NCBI GenBank assembly: GCA_964016885.1
Contig: OZ024742.1
Coordinates: 38,068,001-38,132,000, forward strand
Direction of reading: 5' to 3'
Length of the DNA: 64,000 bases
Source of the DNA: Eledone cirrhosa
Lineage: Eukaryota
Shown here: positions 1-12,120 of the stretch, in pieces
How positions within the stretch are numbered: position 1 is the stretch's first letter
Layout of the letters: the number at the start of each line of letters is the position of its first letter
Notes under the pieces: model-generated
What the model was told of the DNA's origin: nothing
Database searches by the model: none
What the model saw: only the letters and a program-made list of their open reading frames with translations
Translations under genes and position numbers: made by a program

Positions 1-129
1 ATGTACCTTTCTTAAAGGTCCACTTTTATATCCATGACATATATAGAACATATCTGAGTGAGATGTAGTTTTACAATCCATCTACAAGGACAGTAGCTTC
101 AATTAAGTATTGACTTGATATGGAGCAAT

Positions 130-174
130 CCATCCAACCCATGCCAGTATGTAAAAACGGATGTCAAATGATAA

Positions 175-205
<31 letters not shown>
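130..205 (+). repeat. Isolated RTE/SINE 3' terminal module with (GAT)n tail
   Basis: ccaacccatgccagtatg..acggatgtcaaatgat followed by (GAT)n; same terminus as the RTE copies ending at 3710 and 48340. Confidence 0.7.
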
Positions 206-206
<1 letters not shown>

Positions 207-916
207 CTTAGTCTAAACTTGATATATTATGGTCAATAGGTCAGTCAGTACATTAATTATTTGGTTTTTGTGCATGTAATGAATAAGTTGCAATGGCTGA
301 ATGGATAAGGAATGAAACAGCTGAAGAGTTGTGAGTTTGTATCACATCATAGGCACAATGCCATATATTAGGCAAATCAAGAGTCTCTGCAGCTCCACTT
401 ATCGGTCTTTAAAAGAAACAAAATAACTTAGTGATGGAGCCACAAACTAACTATATATCAATATATAATTTGGTGATTTACTGCAATCACTATGACTAAT
501 AGTTATTTCTCATACTGGGTCAAAGCCATGTAAATTTGTATGAAAAGAATATACTCAAAATCACAGATGACTGGATGATGAAAATGATTGCAGATCATGA
601 AAGGAAGAAGAGGTAAAATTCAATCACAAAGGAAAGTAGGAAGTTAATGGAAAAATTGGGAATACATTTTGAAAATGATGGCGATTCTGCAATCAAAGCT
701 GCAACAAAAATAGAGCTGACTGGCACTGTCCATGTCCTGAGAAGGGCATTATCAATTTAAAAATCTTGCAAAGATATTTACTGTTGTTTGTGCCCTTGTG
801 GCATCATTTGTATGACAATTGATTGTAAAATGTGTGTATTATCAAATTTTGCCTCAGGTGTCAGGTTGACACTTGGCATGATTTTGGAAAAAAGCAGAAT
901 TCAAAGGAACTTTCAA

Positions 917-1010
917 ATAATAATAATAATTTCTTTATTAGCCATGCAGGGCTTACACAAAGAAAAATATTAAGGACGGTACAAACATAATAATAAAATA
1001 GCTTATAACA
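917..1010 (-). mobile_element. 3' tail fragment of the Tx1/L1-type LINE family
   Basis: Reverse complement ccctgcatggctaataaagaaattattattatt matches the 3' end of the element at 58731-62021 (cccctgtggctaataaagaaac). Confidence 0.55.
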
Positions 1011-1769
1011 TTTGCAAACGTTTATGTGGGTGAGAGTACAGTTGATTAAATCGACATCAGTTTTTAACTAGCAATCATTTTATCAATGCTGGTGGGATGC
1101 AAGTCAAAGTAAACTATAACAGGATTTGAACTAAAAACCTGAAAGGGCACAGATAACTACTGCTAGTCTGGTGATCTATTAATTCTGCTGATAACAACAA
1201 CACAGCACATATCAAAAGCTCATGGTGCAGCAATTGGCTTTAGAGTAAAAGTATGCAGTATAATGTGCTAACTTTCATATTTATAATTATTATGTCACAA
1301 AGGACTTTTGATAATTAATAAGTAAGATCTATGTTTATATAATAGAACCAATTTAGTTGTATCAAGGTTTTCTCAGACTCTGTATAATTCAACTTTCATA
1401 AGTCTGTTATTGGTGATATTTTCTTTCCTAGCAGTGTAATGATATAATTATCATTGAAAGATATTAACATTAATTACTATTGTTAGAATAGCGATGCTAT
1501 ATCATAGTTAGTAGCATTTACACTGATAATTTGAAATTAAATGAGAAATGAAAACATTCTAATATGCAATTAAATTATTCCACGGGGGAATTTAGTGTGC
1601 TGTTTGTTCAAATTTCAACACATTCAGATTCTAATTATAATGGTTAACATCTCAAGGATTTCTTGCTTTATTTGATTAAGTATCAAGTTTTTAATTCATA
1701 CAATAATTATTATTATATGAAAGACATAACTCTTAAAGGCAAAATCAGATAAACACAATAACAGGTATA

Positions 1770-1938
1770 ATCCATCTGCCAAGCTTCCACACAGTTTCAG
1801 TCTCCCCAATTTCACTCACAAGGCTAGAGTCAACCTGAAACTGTGGTAAAAGACACTTGCCCAAGATACCACAGAGTGGAATTAAACCTGGGATATCATG
1901 ATTGTGAAGCAAACTTCTTAATCACTTAGCCTTGCCTG
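1770..1938 (-). mobile_element. tRNA-headed CORE-type SINE, degenerate (family B)
   Basis: Minus strand has an A-box-like ggctaagtgattaagaag, a B-box-like ggtttaattcc and cttgggcaagtgtctt; related to the copies at 8150-8470, 11840-12120 and 41068-41225. Confidence 0.6.
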
Positions 1939-2596
1939 TCGTCAACTATAAATTAGGAATGATATTTCCAGCTATGTAGTCTGCAATAAAAAACAATAAG
2001 GTTTGAACTCAATGTATATATGTTTATATTATAGAAATTCAGTTTTCATTACATTGTTCTACCACATATATTTAGCTTCCATATTTACTACATTATTACT
2101 AGTGGGAATTTTATATTGCAAAATAATTTTTGTACATGTGCTTTGATATTTTTATCCAGCAACTGCCCAATATTTATTGCCTAACATATTCTGTCCTGAT
2201 TATTGTGTACATAACCGATTTCTAATATTTACTGCTCCTACACATAAACTTCCTGAACAATGTAAGGAATAAAAAAAAAAAGAACTGTTATATGATTTTA
2301 ACCCTATTGATATTAAACTGCTTGAAACAACCCTTGGTTCTACAATAAAAAACATATTTATAAATATCCAAAAATCTATTATAATTTAATGTTTCATTAT
2401 AATTTTATGTTTCATACACCAGCATAAAAATGAGAAAGTTATTTTACTAAATCCTTCCAAATCTTTTTTTTCATTATTTTCAAAATTATTGGGAAATTAT
2501 AGGCACTGTCTTCATTAGAAATACTAGTAGAAAAACCACCCTTCGAGTGGTTTTCTGTTAACATGTGTAGTGTGCATATTGATTTTATACGCAAGT

Positions 2597-3710
2597 ATCT
2601 GGTGGGCTCTTAGAAAATTAGGTGTTGATGAATGGCTAGTGAGAGCTATATAAGCCATGTATAAAGAAACAGTCAGCAAGGTTAGAATTAACAACGAATA
2701 TAGTGAAGAATTTAGCGTAAAAGTTGGCGTTCATCAGGGCTCTGTCCTTAGCCCCCTCCTATTTATTATTGCCCTTCAGGCTATAACAGACCGGCTGCCC
2801 ATAGGAACTTCTATATGCAGATGATCTAACACTCATTGGCCGCTATAGGTTTCTCTCTAAACATGAAAGGCAGATTGTATGATGCCTGCATACGAACAAC
2901 AATGTTACATGGCAGTGAGACATGGGCATTGTGTGCAGAGGATCTGCGCAGACTGGAAAGGAACGAAGCTTGCATGTTCTGTTGGATGTGTAATAGTAAT
3001 ATACGTGAACAGCAAAGCATAAATGAACTAAGTGAGAAATTAGGAATAAGAGGGATCAGATGTTGTTTACTCGAGAGAAGACTACGTTGGTATGGTCACG
3101 TGATGCGCATGAAAGACAGCTGTATAAAAAAATGCAGGGCGATCAAAATTGATGGAAAATACAGAGTAGGCAGACCCAGAAAAACCTGGCACGATTTGAT
3201 AAATTCCGGCCTTACACACTTACACCTCTCCAAGACAATGTCACTGGACCGAGATCTTTGACGCTACGCAGTAATACAGAAAACCCGCCTTGCCTAAGCA
3301 CAAAGCGAAACCTACAGTCAGTAGGCACCTCTTAATCAAATATACACCCCCATCCCACTACCCCAACTCCCCCACTCCCACCCCTTTCTCTGTAAAGTTA
3401 TGTTGGTACCACATCATCCAGTCCTAAATAAATGAGGTCGTGTAGGTGTCACAACAAAAGAACACACAGTCCACGCTGTAATGTGGCCGTGTAGGCAACA
3501 CGGTAAAACCCTCCCAGTACATATTATAAACAGCAAAAAAGCACCCAGCACTCACTGTATATGAGGTTGGTGTTAGGAAGGGCATCCAGCCGTAGGAAAC
3601 CTGCCAGACAGTCCTATACGAGCAAGACAACCAATCTTGCCTCAAGTGGGACAATTCCCGTCTAAACTCATGCTAGCGTAGAAGATAGACATTAAACAAT
3701 GATGATGATG
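2597..3710 (+). mobile_element. 5'-truncated RTE LINE with internal deletion
   Basis: Colinear with 46741-48340: GVHQGSVLSPLLF, YADD, MLHGSETW, RRLRWYGHVMRM, GRPRKTW, 3' UTR and (GAT)n tail. The segment between YADDL and GFSL (which includes the PHD) is deleted. Confidence 0.92.
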
Positions 3711-3869
3711 ATATATGCATGTAGATATGATACATCAAATAAAATCGTAATTGACAATAAACACAAAAATTGAACAAAGACTGTGTTACACTCTCTTATG
3801 TAATCAGTAACGTAATCCACGATACATTAAAAAAAGACGATATTATATATATAAACTATATATAATGAA

Positions 3870-4210
3870 GGCACATGGCTTAGTGGTTAGAGCATTAGGC
3901 TTGCAATCGAAAGATTGTGAGTTCAATTCTCAGACCGGGTGATGTGTTGTTTCCTTGAGCAAGACACTTTATTTCACATTGCTCCAGTTTACTCAGCTGT
4001 AGAAATGAGATGATAGGACTGGGGTCCATATCATTCCACTGCAAAGTGGTCGTGGAGGTGCCACGGCAAAAAAGCACCCAGCACTCACTGTATATGAGGT
4101 TGGTGTTAGGAAGGGCATCCAGCTGTAGAAATCAAGCCAGAATCAGTTCCCGTCCCACCCTTGCAAGCAGGGAAAAGCGGACGTAAAATGAAATGATGAT
4201 GATGATGATG
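3870..4210 (+). mobile_element. tRNA-derived CORE-like SINE with RTE-type tail (family A)
   Basis: A box TGGCTTAGTGG, B box GAGTTCAATTC, CORE-like tccttgagcaagacactt...ctcagctgtagaaatgag, tail shared with the RTE 3' UTR, (GAT)n end; near-identical to 20083-20470. Confidence 0.88.
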
Positions 4211-4629
4211 AAACTGCATTAGGAAAAAATTAGTGACGAAAATATATGAATGTTTATTTAAGCGATCGCTAACCGGAAGTGTTGACATTTGAAAATTTTA
4301 AAGAAGTGAATTTTTAAATAAGCAATAAAATATATTTAATCGAAAGCTACAAAATTTAGCAGATAAATTATGTAATATTCATTATTTATTTATTCAAAGT
4401 AATTCAACTTATTTTACAAACGGGATAAAAAAAATTTTTCTGGATGCAGTCCAGCACTCCTTTCTTTATTATAGTTAAGATGGTAATCAAAAGGTTTATT
4501 TATGATCAGCAACATAGCTAGCAGAGGAGTGAGAGGGCTGTCAGCCCCCATGAGGCACTTTTAATCTACTTTGTAGAATGTTGTAATTAACTTTTACACT
4601 TCAGAATTAAATTTCTTCACAGGTTTTTA

Positions 4630-5300
4630 CTTTTTCCTACACGTCATTTTCACTTTGTGCATGGGCCTATGAATCACCATACTCAGTTCAGTTGGGATGG
4701 AGATAACCATTTGCAAAAACAAGCTGCACAATCTCCCTGCATCCCTCTACCAGTCACTTTACATAGACTTTACCGGGGATACTTAACAAGGAGATCCCTC
4801 TGTAATTAGAACAATCTCTCTTGTTTCCCTTTTTGAAAATTGGGATTATCACTCTCAATTGCCATTGCTTAGGTGCCTTTCCAGATATCCAGGCCACCTG
4901 TCACACATAAGTCAGCCAGAGAATACCTTCTCTATTTAAAGCTTTTAATATCTCAAACTGGATTTCATTTTCCCCAGTGGCTTTATGACCTCAGTCTATT
5001 ACTATCTCTGCTGTGATTCTTCATGCTTGCTTGTACTCCTAGTGCAAGAAGGACTTATTTCCAAGCCAAGCTTTGTAAGCCTCCTTCTTATTTATTAAAA
5101 AAAATAAATAAACACACACACACACTAAGACAGGCATTTTCTCAACTTAGCTTTCAACCTAATCATCCACTTGCCTAAAATGCACAACAAAAATTCCTCT
5201 AAACTCTCTTTGTATATATATCCACTTAGAATACTAGCTCCTGCACTATAGCTAGCTTCACTTCTGTCACTAATTTAAACACCTAGGTAACATAAGTTGC
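4630..5300 (-). pseudogene. Degenerate RTE-type RT fragment
   Basis: Manual minus-strand translation: EILKALNREGILWLTYV*QVAWISGKAPKQWQLRVIIPIFKKGNKRDCSNYRGISLLSIPGKVY (N-terminal RT region). Confidence 0.8.
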
Positions 5301-5699
5301 AGAGTACTTTCAGCTAACATGAGGAAAAAAAGTAATTTATATATATTATTAATAAAAAAAACAAAGAACTTAACATGCCTCTTTAAAATATGTTGCAGAA
5401 TAGTTCAACTATTCTACATTCAAATGTAGAGACCATTTTGCAATAGCTTCAAATGTCAAATATAACCATGGGATTGTCAATAAATATTATTGATTAGAAA
5501 AGAGAAAGAGATATCATATTTAATGCTATTATAGTGGAAGATTAAAAATTATGAAAATATGGAGGAAAAATAAATTTAAAAAATATTATCTGATATACCA
5601 TATATACTCATATATAAGTTGCAGCAGTAGATAAGTTACACCCCCTTTGTGTTTATAGTTTGTCTTCAGTCTTTGACCCATACATAAATCACCTGTTTT

Positions 5700-5950
5700 T
5701 CATAAATACTATTTGAAACTTTGCTCACGGTTGTATTTAAATGAATAGAAAACATTTAGTATAAATAATGACAATCATTGCCAGTACAGTCTAGCAAAGT
5801 CTACTATAGATATAGCAAAGTGTTTTTATGTCTGAAATGAACAAATCAACTTGTGCTTTTAAATCACCACTCGTAATTGACAGACAATATATGTAGCAGT
5901 AGGATTACAGCCAACCAATAGAAAACTACACATTTCACACATCTGTGGTC
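5700..5950 (+). repeat. Unclassified interspersed repeat, inverted copy at about 56490-56720
   Basis: tgtttttatgtctgaa..gtgcttttaaatcaccactc..gacagacaat..ccaatagaaaacta is mirrored by tagttttctattgg..attgtctgtc..gagtggtgatttaaaagcac..ttcagacataaaaaca. Confidence 0.7.
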
Positions 5951-7069
5951 ATTTTTATTTGTCATATGATACATCATCAATATATATTTGTTTACAATGC
6001 TTAATATTCATATTGAGTTAATATTGACATGATCAACCTACCCTACATATTCAATTATTTTTCTCTAAGTGTATGTGCATATGCATTTTATTGAGTACTG
6101 TCAATTTCAAGTCCAAGCAAGGTTCCATAAGTTACATGCATTTTTTCACCCCAAATTTCTTTTAACAAAAGACTACATATATCTATGAATATATAGACTA
6201 TTTGTCAAATGTATATTGGATATTTGGTTATTTCTTAAATTACCCAGCAGAACTTGAAGGTATAAAATCATAAACCCATGCCAAAGTGGTTTTGAATTTG
6301 TCATGTTTTAGTCAAAATAGACATCAATTCTGGAATTTTTTCATAGATTTTTTCAGGTATAGATCTTGATTTCTAAGCCAAATTTTGCAAAGATATTTTG
6401 CTCTCAGCCAGCTACTACTGGTTCTATGAAAGAAAATCACTAATTCTAGAGAGTTTCTCTTTAAATTAAAATCTTTCATAGTTTTATACAAGAATCATAT
6501 CAGAGTTACTATCTTAAAAAAGAAATAATTAATAATTTTAGTAAATCCTTCAAAGTTGTTCATTAATTCATTGAAATAGAGTGTATTTTATTTAGAAATA
6601 CAATTATCAAATGGTTAAACAACAACAAATATGAGATGACAATTAATGTATTAATGTTAAATAGTTTACTGAATTTTCTAATAGTAAAGATAAATGCTTT
6701 TGGCAATTATAATTTTCTCTAATTAATAATTCTCTCTTAACTTACATTCCCAATGGATACAGAGTTAAAAATCAATAATATATCATGTGCTAAGATACAG
6801 AACCAAAACAATTTGATTAAAGGTTTGAGCCTACAGCAACTTCATCTTCAAAAGCAACATCAAAACAAGACGAAAAAATGAAAAAGTAAAAATAAGAAAA
6901 CAATTACGATGAAACATTTGTTGCTTAGTTTCACCTGGACTAATAATAAAACAGTAAAAAGTGGACAGGTATTGAATAGGGAAAAATTTGTATCATTTAC
7001 TACTAATTTCAGATCTTGAGGCATATGTTTCATTGCGCTCAGTTCACAGCTCACTTCTGATTATTATAG

Positions 7070-7990
7070 TCCTTCAGGCCATAACAAATGAGTTGAATCC
7101 ACAGAAGAACTAGAGAACAAATTCAGACTGTATAACAAGAAGTTAGAATCAAAAGGGCTGAGAGAAAACTTAGCAAAAACCCAAAGTGTTAAGTAGGAAA
7201 GAAGATAGGGCCCTGATCCCATCAGAAAATGGCCTTGCAGAAAAGGAGTGGGTAAAAACTCTATATGTACACAATGCAAATCTTGAGTACACAAGAGGTG
7301 TAACAGGATAGCAGGCAGACTAATAGGAAAAGAAGACTTTGTATGTAAAAGGTGCTCATGGAAAATTGATAATAAGAGTGTCAGTGATATACACCTTTTT
7401 CAATCTCAGATAGGATCCATAGAAGTGGTTGATAGCTTCTGCTATCTAGGTTACCAAAATTAGTAGTGGAGGTAGGTGCTCCAAGAACTAAATAGAATAA
7501 GAACGAGATAGAAGTTTAGAGAGCTATTACTCTGGGGAAGGTCGGTTGTTTGCCTATGTACAATTCTGCATGGTAGTGAAATATTGACAAGTGATTGCAG
7601 AGGATATCTAAAGGCTGGAGAGAAATGAACAGATCCTACTTCGATGGACGTGCAATGTTAATGTACATGAACAATAAAGCATGAATGAACTGAGAAAGAA
7701 ACTGAGTATAAGAGGATTCAGATGTTGTGTGCAGGGAAGAAGACTGCACTGGTTTGGACATATGATGTGCATGGATGATGATCGCTGGGTGAAGAAATCC
7801 CAGTGGAAGCAAGCTGCAGCAGCAGAAGACTAAGGAAGATCTAGGAGGAAGTTGTGAGAGCTGATCTCAAATCGCTGAATCTCACAGTAGAGATGACAAA
7901 GGATTGCGATGAGTGGGGAGATGCTGTACTGAAAAGGACATGCCCAACCCATGCAAGAATGGAAAAGTAGACATAGAATGATGATAATGA
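7070..7990 (+). mobile_element. Degenerate RTE LINE (PHD-bearing lineage), 3' part
   Basis: Remnants of KWPCRKGVGKNSICTQCKS*VHKRC..FVCKRC, IEVVDSFCYLG, LHGSE, RRLHWFGHMMCM; terminal module then (GAT/GGT)n. Confidence 0.85.
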
Positions 7991-8082
7991 TGGTGGTGGT
8001 GGTGATGGTGGTGGTGGTGGTGGTGGTGGTGGTGTTGATGATGATGATGATGATGGTGATGATGGGTGATGATGATGATGAT
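7978..8082. repeat. (GAT)n/(GGT)n microsatellite, expanded RTE tail
   Basis: Directly visible trinucleotide repeats following the RTE terminus. Confidence 0.95.
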
Positions 8083-8149
8083 AGTGTATAACATTGAAGG
8101 CAACAGTTGATACTTTCATTATATTATTTTACTGGTTTCAATTATAAGA

Positions 8150-8470
8150 CTGTGACCATGCTGGGACACTGCCGTGAAGGGATTTAGTTGATCATGCCAA
8201 ATTCAGTACTTATTTTCTCAGTCTGACTCTTATTTTATCGATATGTATTTGCCGAACTGCTAAGTTACTTGGTCTTGATCAGTTCCCCTCCTCATTACAG
8301 GACACAGAAACGCATGCAAAAATAAACACACACACACACAATGGACCTTTGCAGTTTCCATCTACTAAATTTCACAGACAAGGCATTGATCAACTGAAGG
8401 CTATAGAAGAAGACACTTATTCAAGGTACCATGCAGAAAAGTGAACTCAAAACCATGCAGCTATGCCTGC
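8150..8470 (-). mobile_element. SINE family B copy with internal (CA)n
   Basis: Similar to 11840-12120: ttttatcg..gccgaactgctaagtt..acacacac..aaggcattg..ctatagaagaagacactt..caaggtacca. Confidence 0.65.
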
Positions 8471-8512
8471 ACCTATATCCAAAAACATCAATGAAAAATA
8501 TTATGTACTTAC

Positions 8513-8690
8513 AGGCAATGATATTGTCCATTTGTTCCAGAGCAGCAGCCAACATATCACTACCATCTCTTGAACTAGTTCCATTGTTGTTTAAATTGAT
8601 ATTTCCTCCACTATTGGTAGATGGCTTTGCGATACTTCCTCCTATGAGACCAAGTGTTTCCCCACCTGGGGAGTCAAGGGAAGTTTCCAT
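8513..8690 (-). CDS. Liprin-beta: First coding exon of a liprin-beta (PPFIBP1/2-like) gene
   Basis: Translation METSLDSPGG...RDGSDMLAAALEQMDNIIA matches the recalled liprin-beta N-terminal motif (SDASDMLAAALEQMDGIIAG). Immediately followed by a canonical donor GCCT|GTAAGT (intron starts 8512, phase 1). ATG at 8690 is preceded by an in-frame TAG. Confidence 0.88.
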
Positions 8691-8903
8691 CTATAATTCT
8701 GATGCAGAATTATGAATTGCAGTAAGGCGAAATAAATTGTGGCTCTTTACTGAGAACTGTCTTAATGACACTAAACCTTGTGCCAATGTTGGTTTGAGTG
8801 AAAGAAGAAAACTACAATTAGCCTCAAGCTCAATATCTTTGACTTTTGTTGTTATTCGGGGAAAAACAAACACTGGTCTACAGATTGGATAGTGTCAGTA
8901 CAA
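8691..8903 (-). other. 5' UTR part of the liprin-beta exon, bounded by a splice acceptor
   Basis: Strong minus-strand acceptor ttttcttttccttctttttgcAG| at 8905-8904. The 213 nt between it and the ATG contain no ATG and no recognisable repeat. Confidence 0.7.
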
Positions 8904-9861
8904 CTGCAAAAAGAAGGAAAAGAAAACAATTAGTATTGATAATAACAGATTAATACTGAATATGTCAGTAGATTAAATTTTAATGAGGAAATAAATGTTT
9001 AGATGAAGTAAAAATTAAAAACATTACCATTGCTACAAAGCCTATGTAATGTATGCAATTGTTTTGTAGTTACGTATTTTGAATTGTAGATATTACAAAG
9101 TACAATTTCCTAGTAGAATCTGCTTTCTATCAGTACATGATGTAAATGAATATATAAGCATATAAATGTTGGTAGAGTTTTCCTCATAAAACATGTTTTC
9201 ATTGCTGTTAGCATTTGAATAACCTTGAGAGAATTTATTCTGAGTAGCTTGTAATCAAAATGAGGAAATATTAAATGACAAGTGGTCAGCAATACATTTC
9301 AAGAAAGTAGCAAAATGGCTGGAATATTTCCTGTCTTCTCAACATTATCTAAATATATGAAAGCAACAATAAGTATTTTAAAGCCATTTTCCTTGGAAAT
9401 ATTTAATTGGTCCTTCAATTAAATATTTTCTATGTAATATTTCCACACCTTTTTTTAAACAATGTTCGTAATATTTAAAGCTACTATTTGTATTGCTGTT
9501 ACCTTCTAAAATACCGTTTGCTAAATATTTTTTCCTGATATTAGACATTAAAAGCACAAATTTGAGAGAGAAATAAGCAACAAATTGGTGCTTATGAAGT
9601 CTAATATCATTTGCATTAAAATCTTAGGAGTTAATTCATGATTTCCAAAGACTAACCCTTTTGATATCAAAATATATATATTTATCTAAAAACCTTCCAG
9701 CATAATTTAATGAGAAAGTTAACCATATTACTAAATTCCTGCATTTCCTTGATTATTTTCAAAGACTATTTAAAAATCATAGGCAGTATCTTTCATTGGA
9801 AATATGGGGGAGTGTATAAGTTTCTATCTATATGCTTGTTTGTGAGATAAGCTCTTCCATA

Positions 9862-10680
9862 ACTCGTCTCACTAACAAAGCTGCAGTCTTGGGCCAAGCG
9901 AAGACCGAAAATGGGTGCCTGGCACCTCGAGTGCCTTCAGGCGCTCACAACCCTCTACCAAGCGGAAACGGCAATCAGCGGAGACTCCACTTTGACATTC
10001 TATAGGGGATTAGTGGAGAATAAGTGCGTCAACGTTCTCGGGGAAACTCTAGGCATCGAGGAGGATGAACTGACCAGTCTGTTCACTAGAACTTTCCGTC
10101 CAGGGCCTATGGATAACTTCCAGAGGTCTCTGGCTTGGCAGTGCTACCGAGGAGCTCTACCAGACGCCCTGGCAAAGATCCTGCCAAAAAGACCTGTCCA
10201 AGATGCGAGCAGGACATCGAAACCGTTCTGCACGCAATTGTTCAGTGCCCAGGGGTGACCGACCTGTGGAATTATGTCGAACAGCTACTGTCACGTGTGG
10301 AATGCATCCAGTTGTCAGCCGAGTCCATCGTGAGGATCACCTGCCGCCTTCATTTAAGAATGAAGAAGAGGCAGTTTTCCTCTGTCTGGTGGCTATGGCG
10401 AAAGAGGTAATTTGGTGGATGAAGTTAAAAGGACTGAGAGCAAATACCTTTCTCTCTAGACAACTTATCCCCTTCTTTAAGTACCACTTCAGAAGGAAGG
10501 TGAGAGTGGAGAGAGAGAGGTGCTACACCCCAGTAAATTCGCTGAAAAGTGGGTGAATGTGGCGAAAATGGCCCAAGTGAATAGGCCTTCTCTGTATATA
10601 AACCTGTAGGTTGAGGACGATGAACAGAGGGTAGACGGGAACACCTACAAAACGTGTTCCTGGTGTTGAGGGTTGTTCTA
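9862..10680 (+). mobile_element. Tx1/L1-type LINE, 3' fragment of ORF2
   Basis: FRPGPMDNFQRSLAWQCYRGALP, CPRCEQDIETVLHAIVQC zinc knuckle, PPSFKNEEEAVFLC; colinear with 61005-61850, with frameshifts. Confidence 0.92.
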
Positions 10681-11839
10681 TCCACAGCATCATGGACAAG
10701 TGTCTTTAACATAGCCTTAGAAGCCCATAAGATGGATTGTACCTGTAATTCAAAAAAGCCTGTTATGGCTTTGTCACAAGTCATTACAAGCTGATTTGGT
10801 TTGAGAATTGTGTTATGGGTACAGATTAATTCACAAGTTGATAAAAAAAAGCTGAATGTTTAGTGTCAAAACATATGAAAGAGACATGATTATTAGCTGG
10901 CATCCAGTTGAGCGGCATTGATTTGAATGTGATCTAAGATGATATTCTAGGTTCTATATGTTCTTTTTAAATCTTTCTAATTACTAAATGTAATTTATAA
11001 CATTTACGAATATTGTTGAAACCCAACAGAGGATCCATCATTGTTTTCATAGTGATTGCAACCTTCAAACCACTCAGCTAGTTGTCCAATACCTTATGAA
11101 CTCAACCATCCTGCTGCTTTATATGTTATTAAGGCAGTGAATTGGCTGAATCATTAGAACATCAGATATTCATCCTTTTGAGCTCGATAAAGACAATACC
11201 AGTCCAGTACTAGTGTCAATTCTTCCTTTATTTCTCTTTCTCACTTCCTCATTCTCTTTCTGGAAAGAGATGGGCTCCACCATGTTTAAAATGCCCAAGA
11301 CACACCATATATCACTACGGTGCCTCTATGACTCAATCCAGAGTTAAGGGCAAATAGCATGGCATATGTTATTATTATAGTTATATTTGTCATCTTTTCT
11401 AGCAGATTAATTTAGGACTATTAGTAATTTTTCTTTATTTGTTACGTTCCAAAACTACAAAGTTTAAATAACAAGATATAATGCCAAATTTTATCCAACA
11501 GTGTTGTTAATGTCACTAACAACTTGGTATTTTCTAAGAATGTCTCACATTTCATTGGTTTTTTAGAAAGAGAATGAACATGTGAGGTTTAAATAAGGAG
11601 TGAATATATAGTTTGACAAAGAATAATCTCTAATTATCTTGTGATAATTAAAGTTCAGAGCAAGAAGGCTAGAGTTGCAAGGGTCAATGTGTTCTCCAAA
11701 TTGTTGAACTTTTCTCTATCTTTTCAACATTAAATAGAAAATAGGAAACAGTTGACAAGTGGAGGATTTTATTTGTTGATATTTAGCGAGAACTTCAAAG
11801 GTAAAATATAGATATCAGACTCATCTTTTATTCTTTTAC

Positions 11840-12120
11840 AGATTTCAGTCATCCAAGTGAGGAGATGCACTACCTTGAAGGGATTTATTCGATCATATTG
11901 GCCTTAGTATTTTTGTTGTTTTTTTAAGTCTGGATCTTATTTTATTGATTTCAATTTGCTGAGCCACTAAGTTGTGAGACATGTAATCAAACAGCAATAT
12001 AAATACAGGCATAAAGGCACACACACACAACGAGCTTCTTTCAAATTTCAATTGCAAGGCATTGGTCAACCCGAATCTATAGTAGAAAACACTTTCCCAA
12101 GGTGCCATACAGTGAGACTG
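11840..12120 (-). mobile_element. SINE family B copy
   Basis: Same modules as 8150-8470 (aaggcattggtcaacc..ctatagtagaaaacacttt..caaggtgccatacagtg). Confidence 0.65.

Larger units (their letters stand above)
2524..4480 (-). mobile_element. Non-autonomous Helitron, interrupted by an RTE LINE and a SINE
   Basis: Segments 2524-2597, 3711-3857 and 4211-4480 are the reverse complement of 44423-44905. 5' TC(TTAACTATAATAAAG), subterminal hairpin, 3' CTAG, inserted between A and T without TSD. Confidence 0.85.
2298..4498 (+). mobile_element. piggyBac-type MITE (TTAA/CCCT ends) split by a Helitron
   Basis: 2298-2523 (ttaaccct...ttagaaata) and 4481-4498 (tggtaatcaaaaggttta) rejoin to match the intact copy at 26972-27182 (...agaaatatggtaattgaaagggttaa). 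Confidence 0.7.

Noticed and set aside
3870-3940. tRNA gene
   Set aside because: A/B boxes are present but run into a SINE body; no convincing cloverleaf or Pol III terminator. The same applies at 20083 and 40669.
7841-8119. Poly-His / poly-Pro ORFs
   Set aside because: Translations of the (GAT/GGT)n RTE tail on the opposite strand.
8431-8715. 94-aa plus-strand ORF
   Set aside because: Antisense to the liprin-beta exon and starts inside a SINE.
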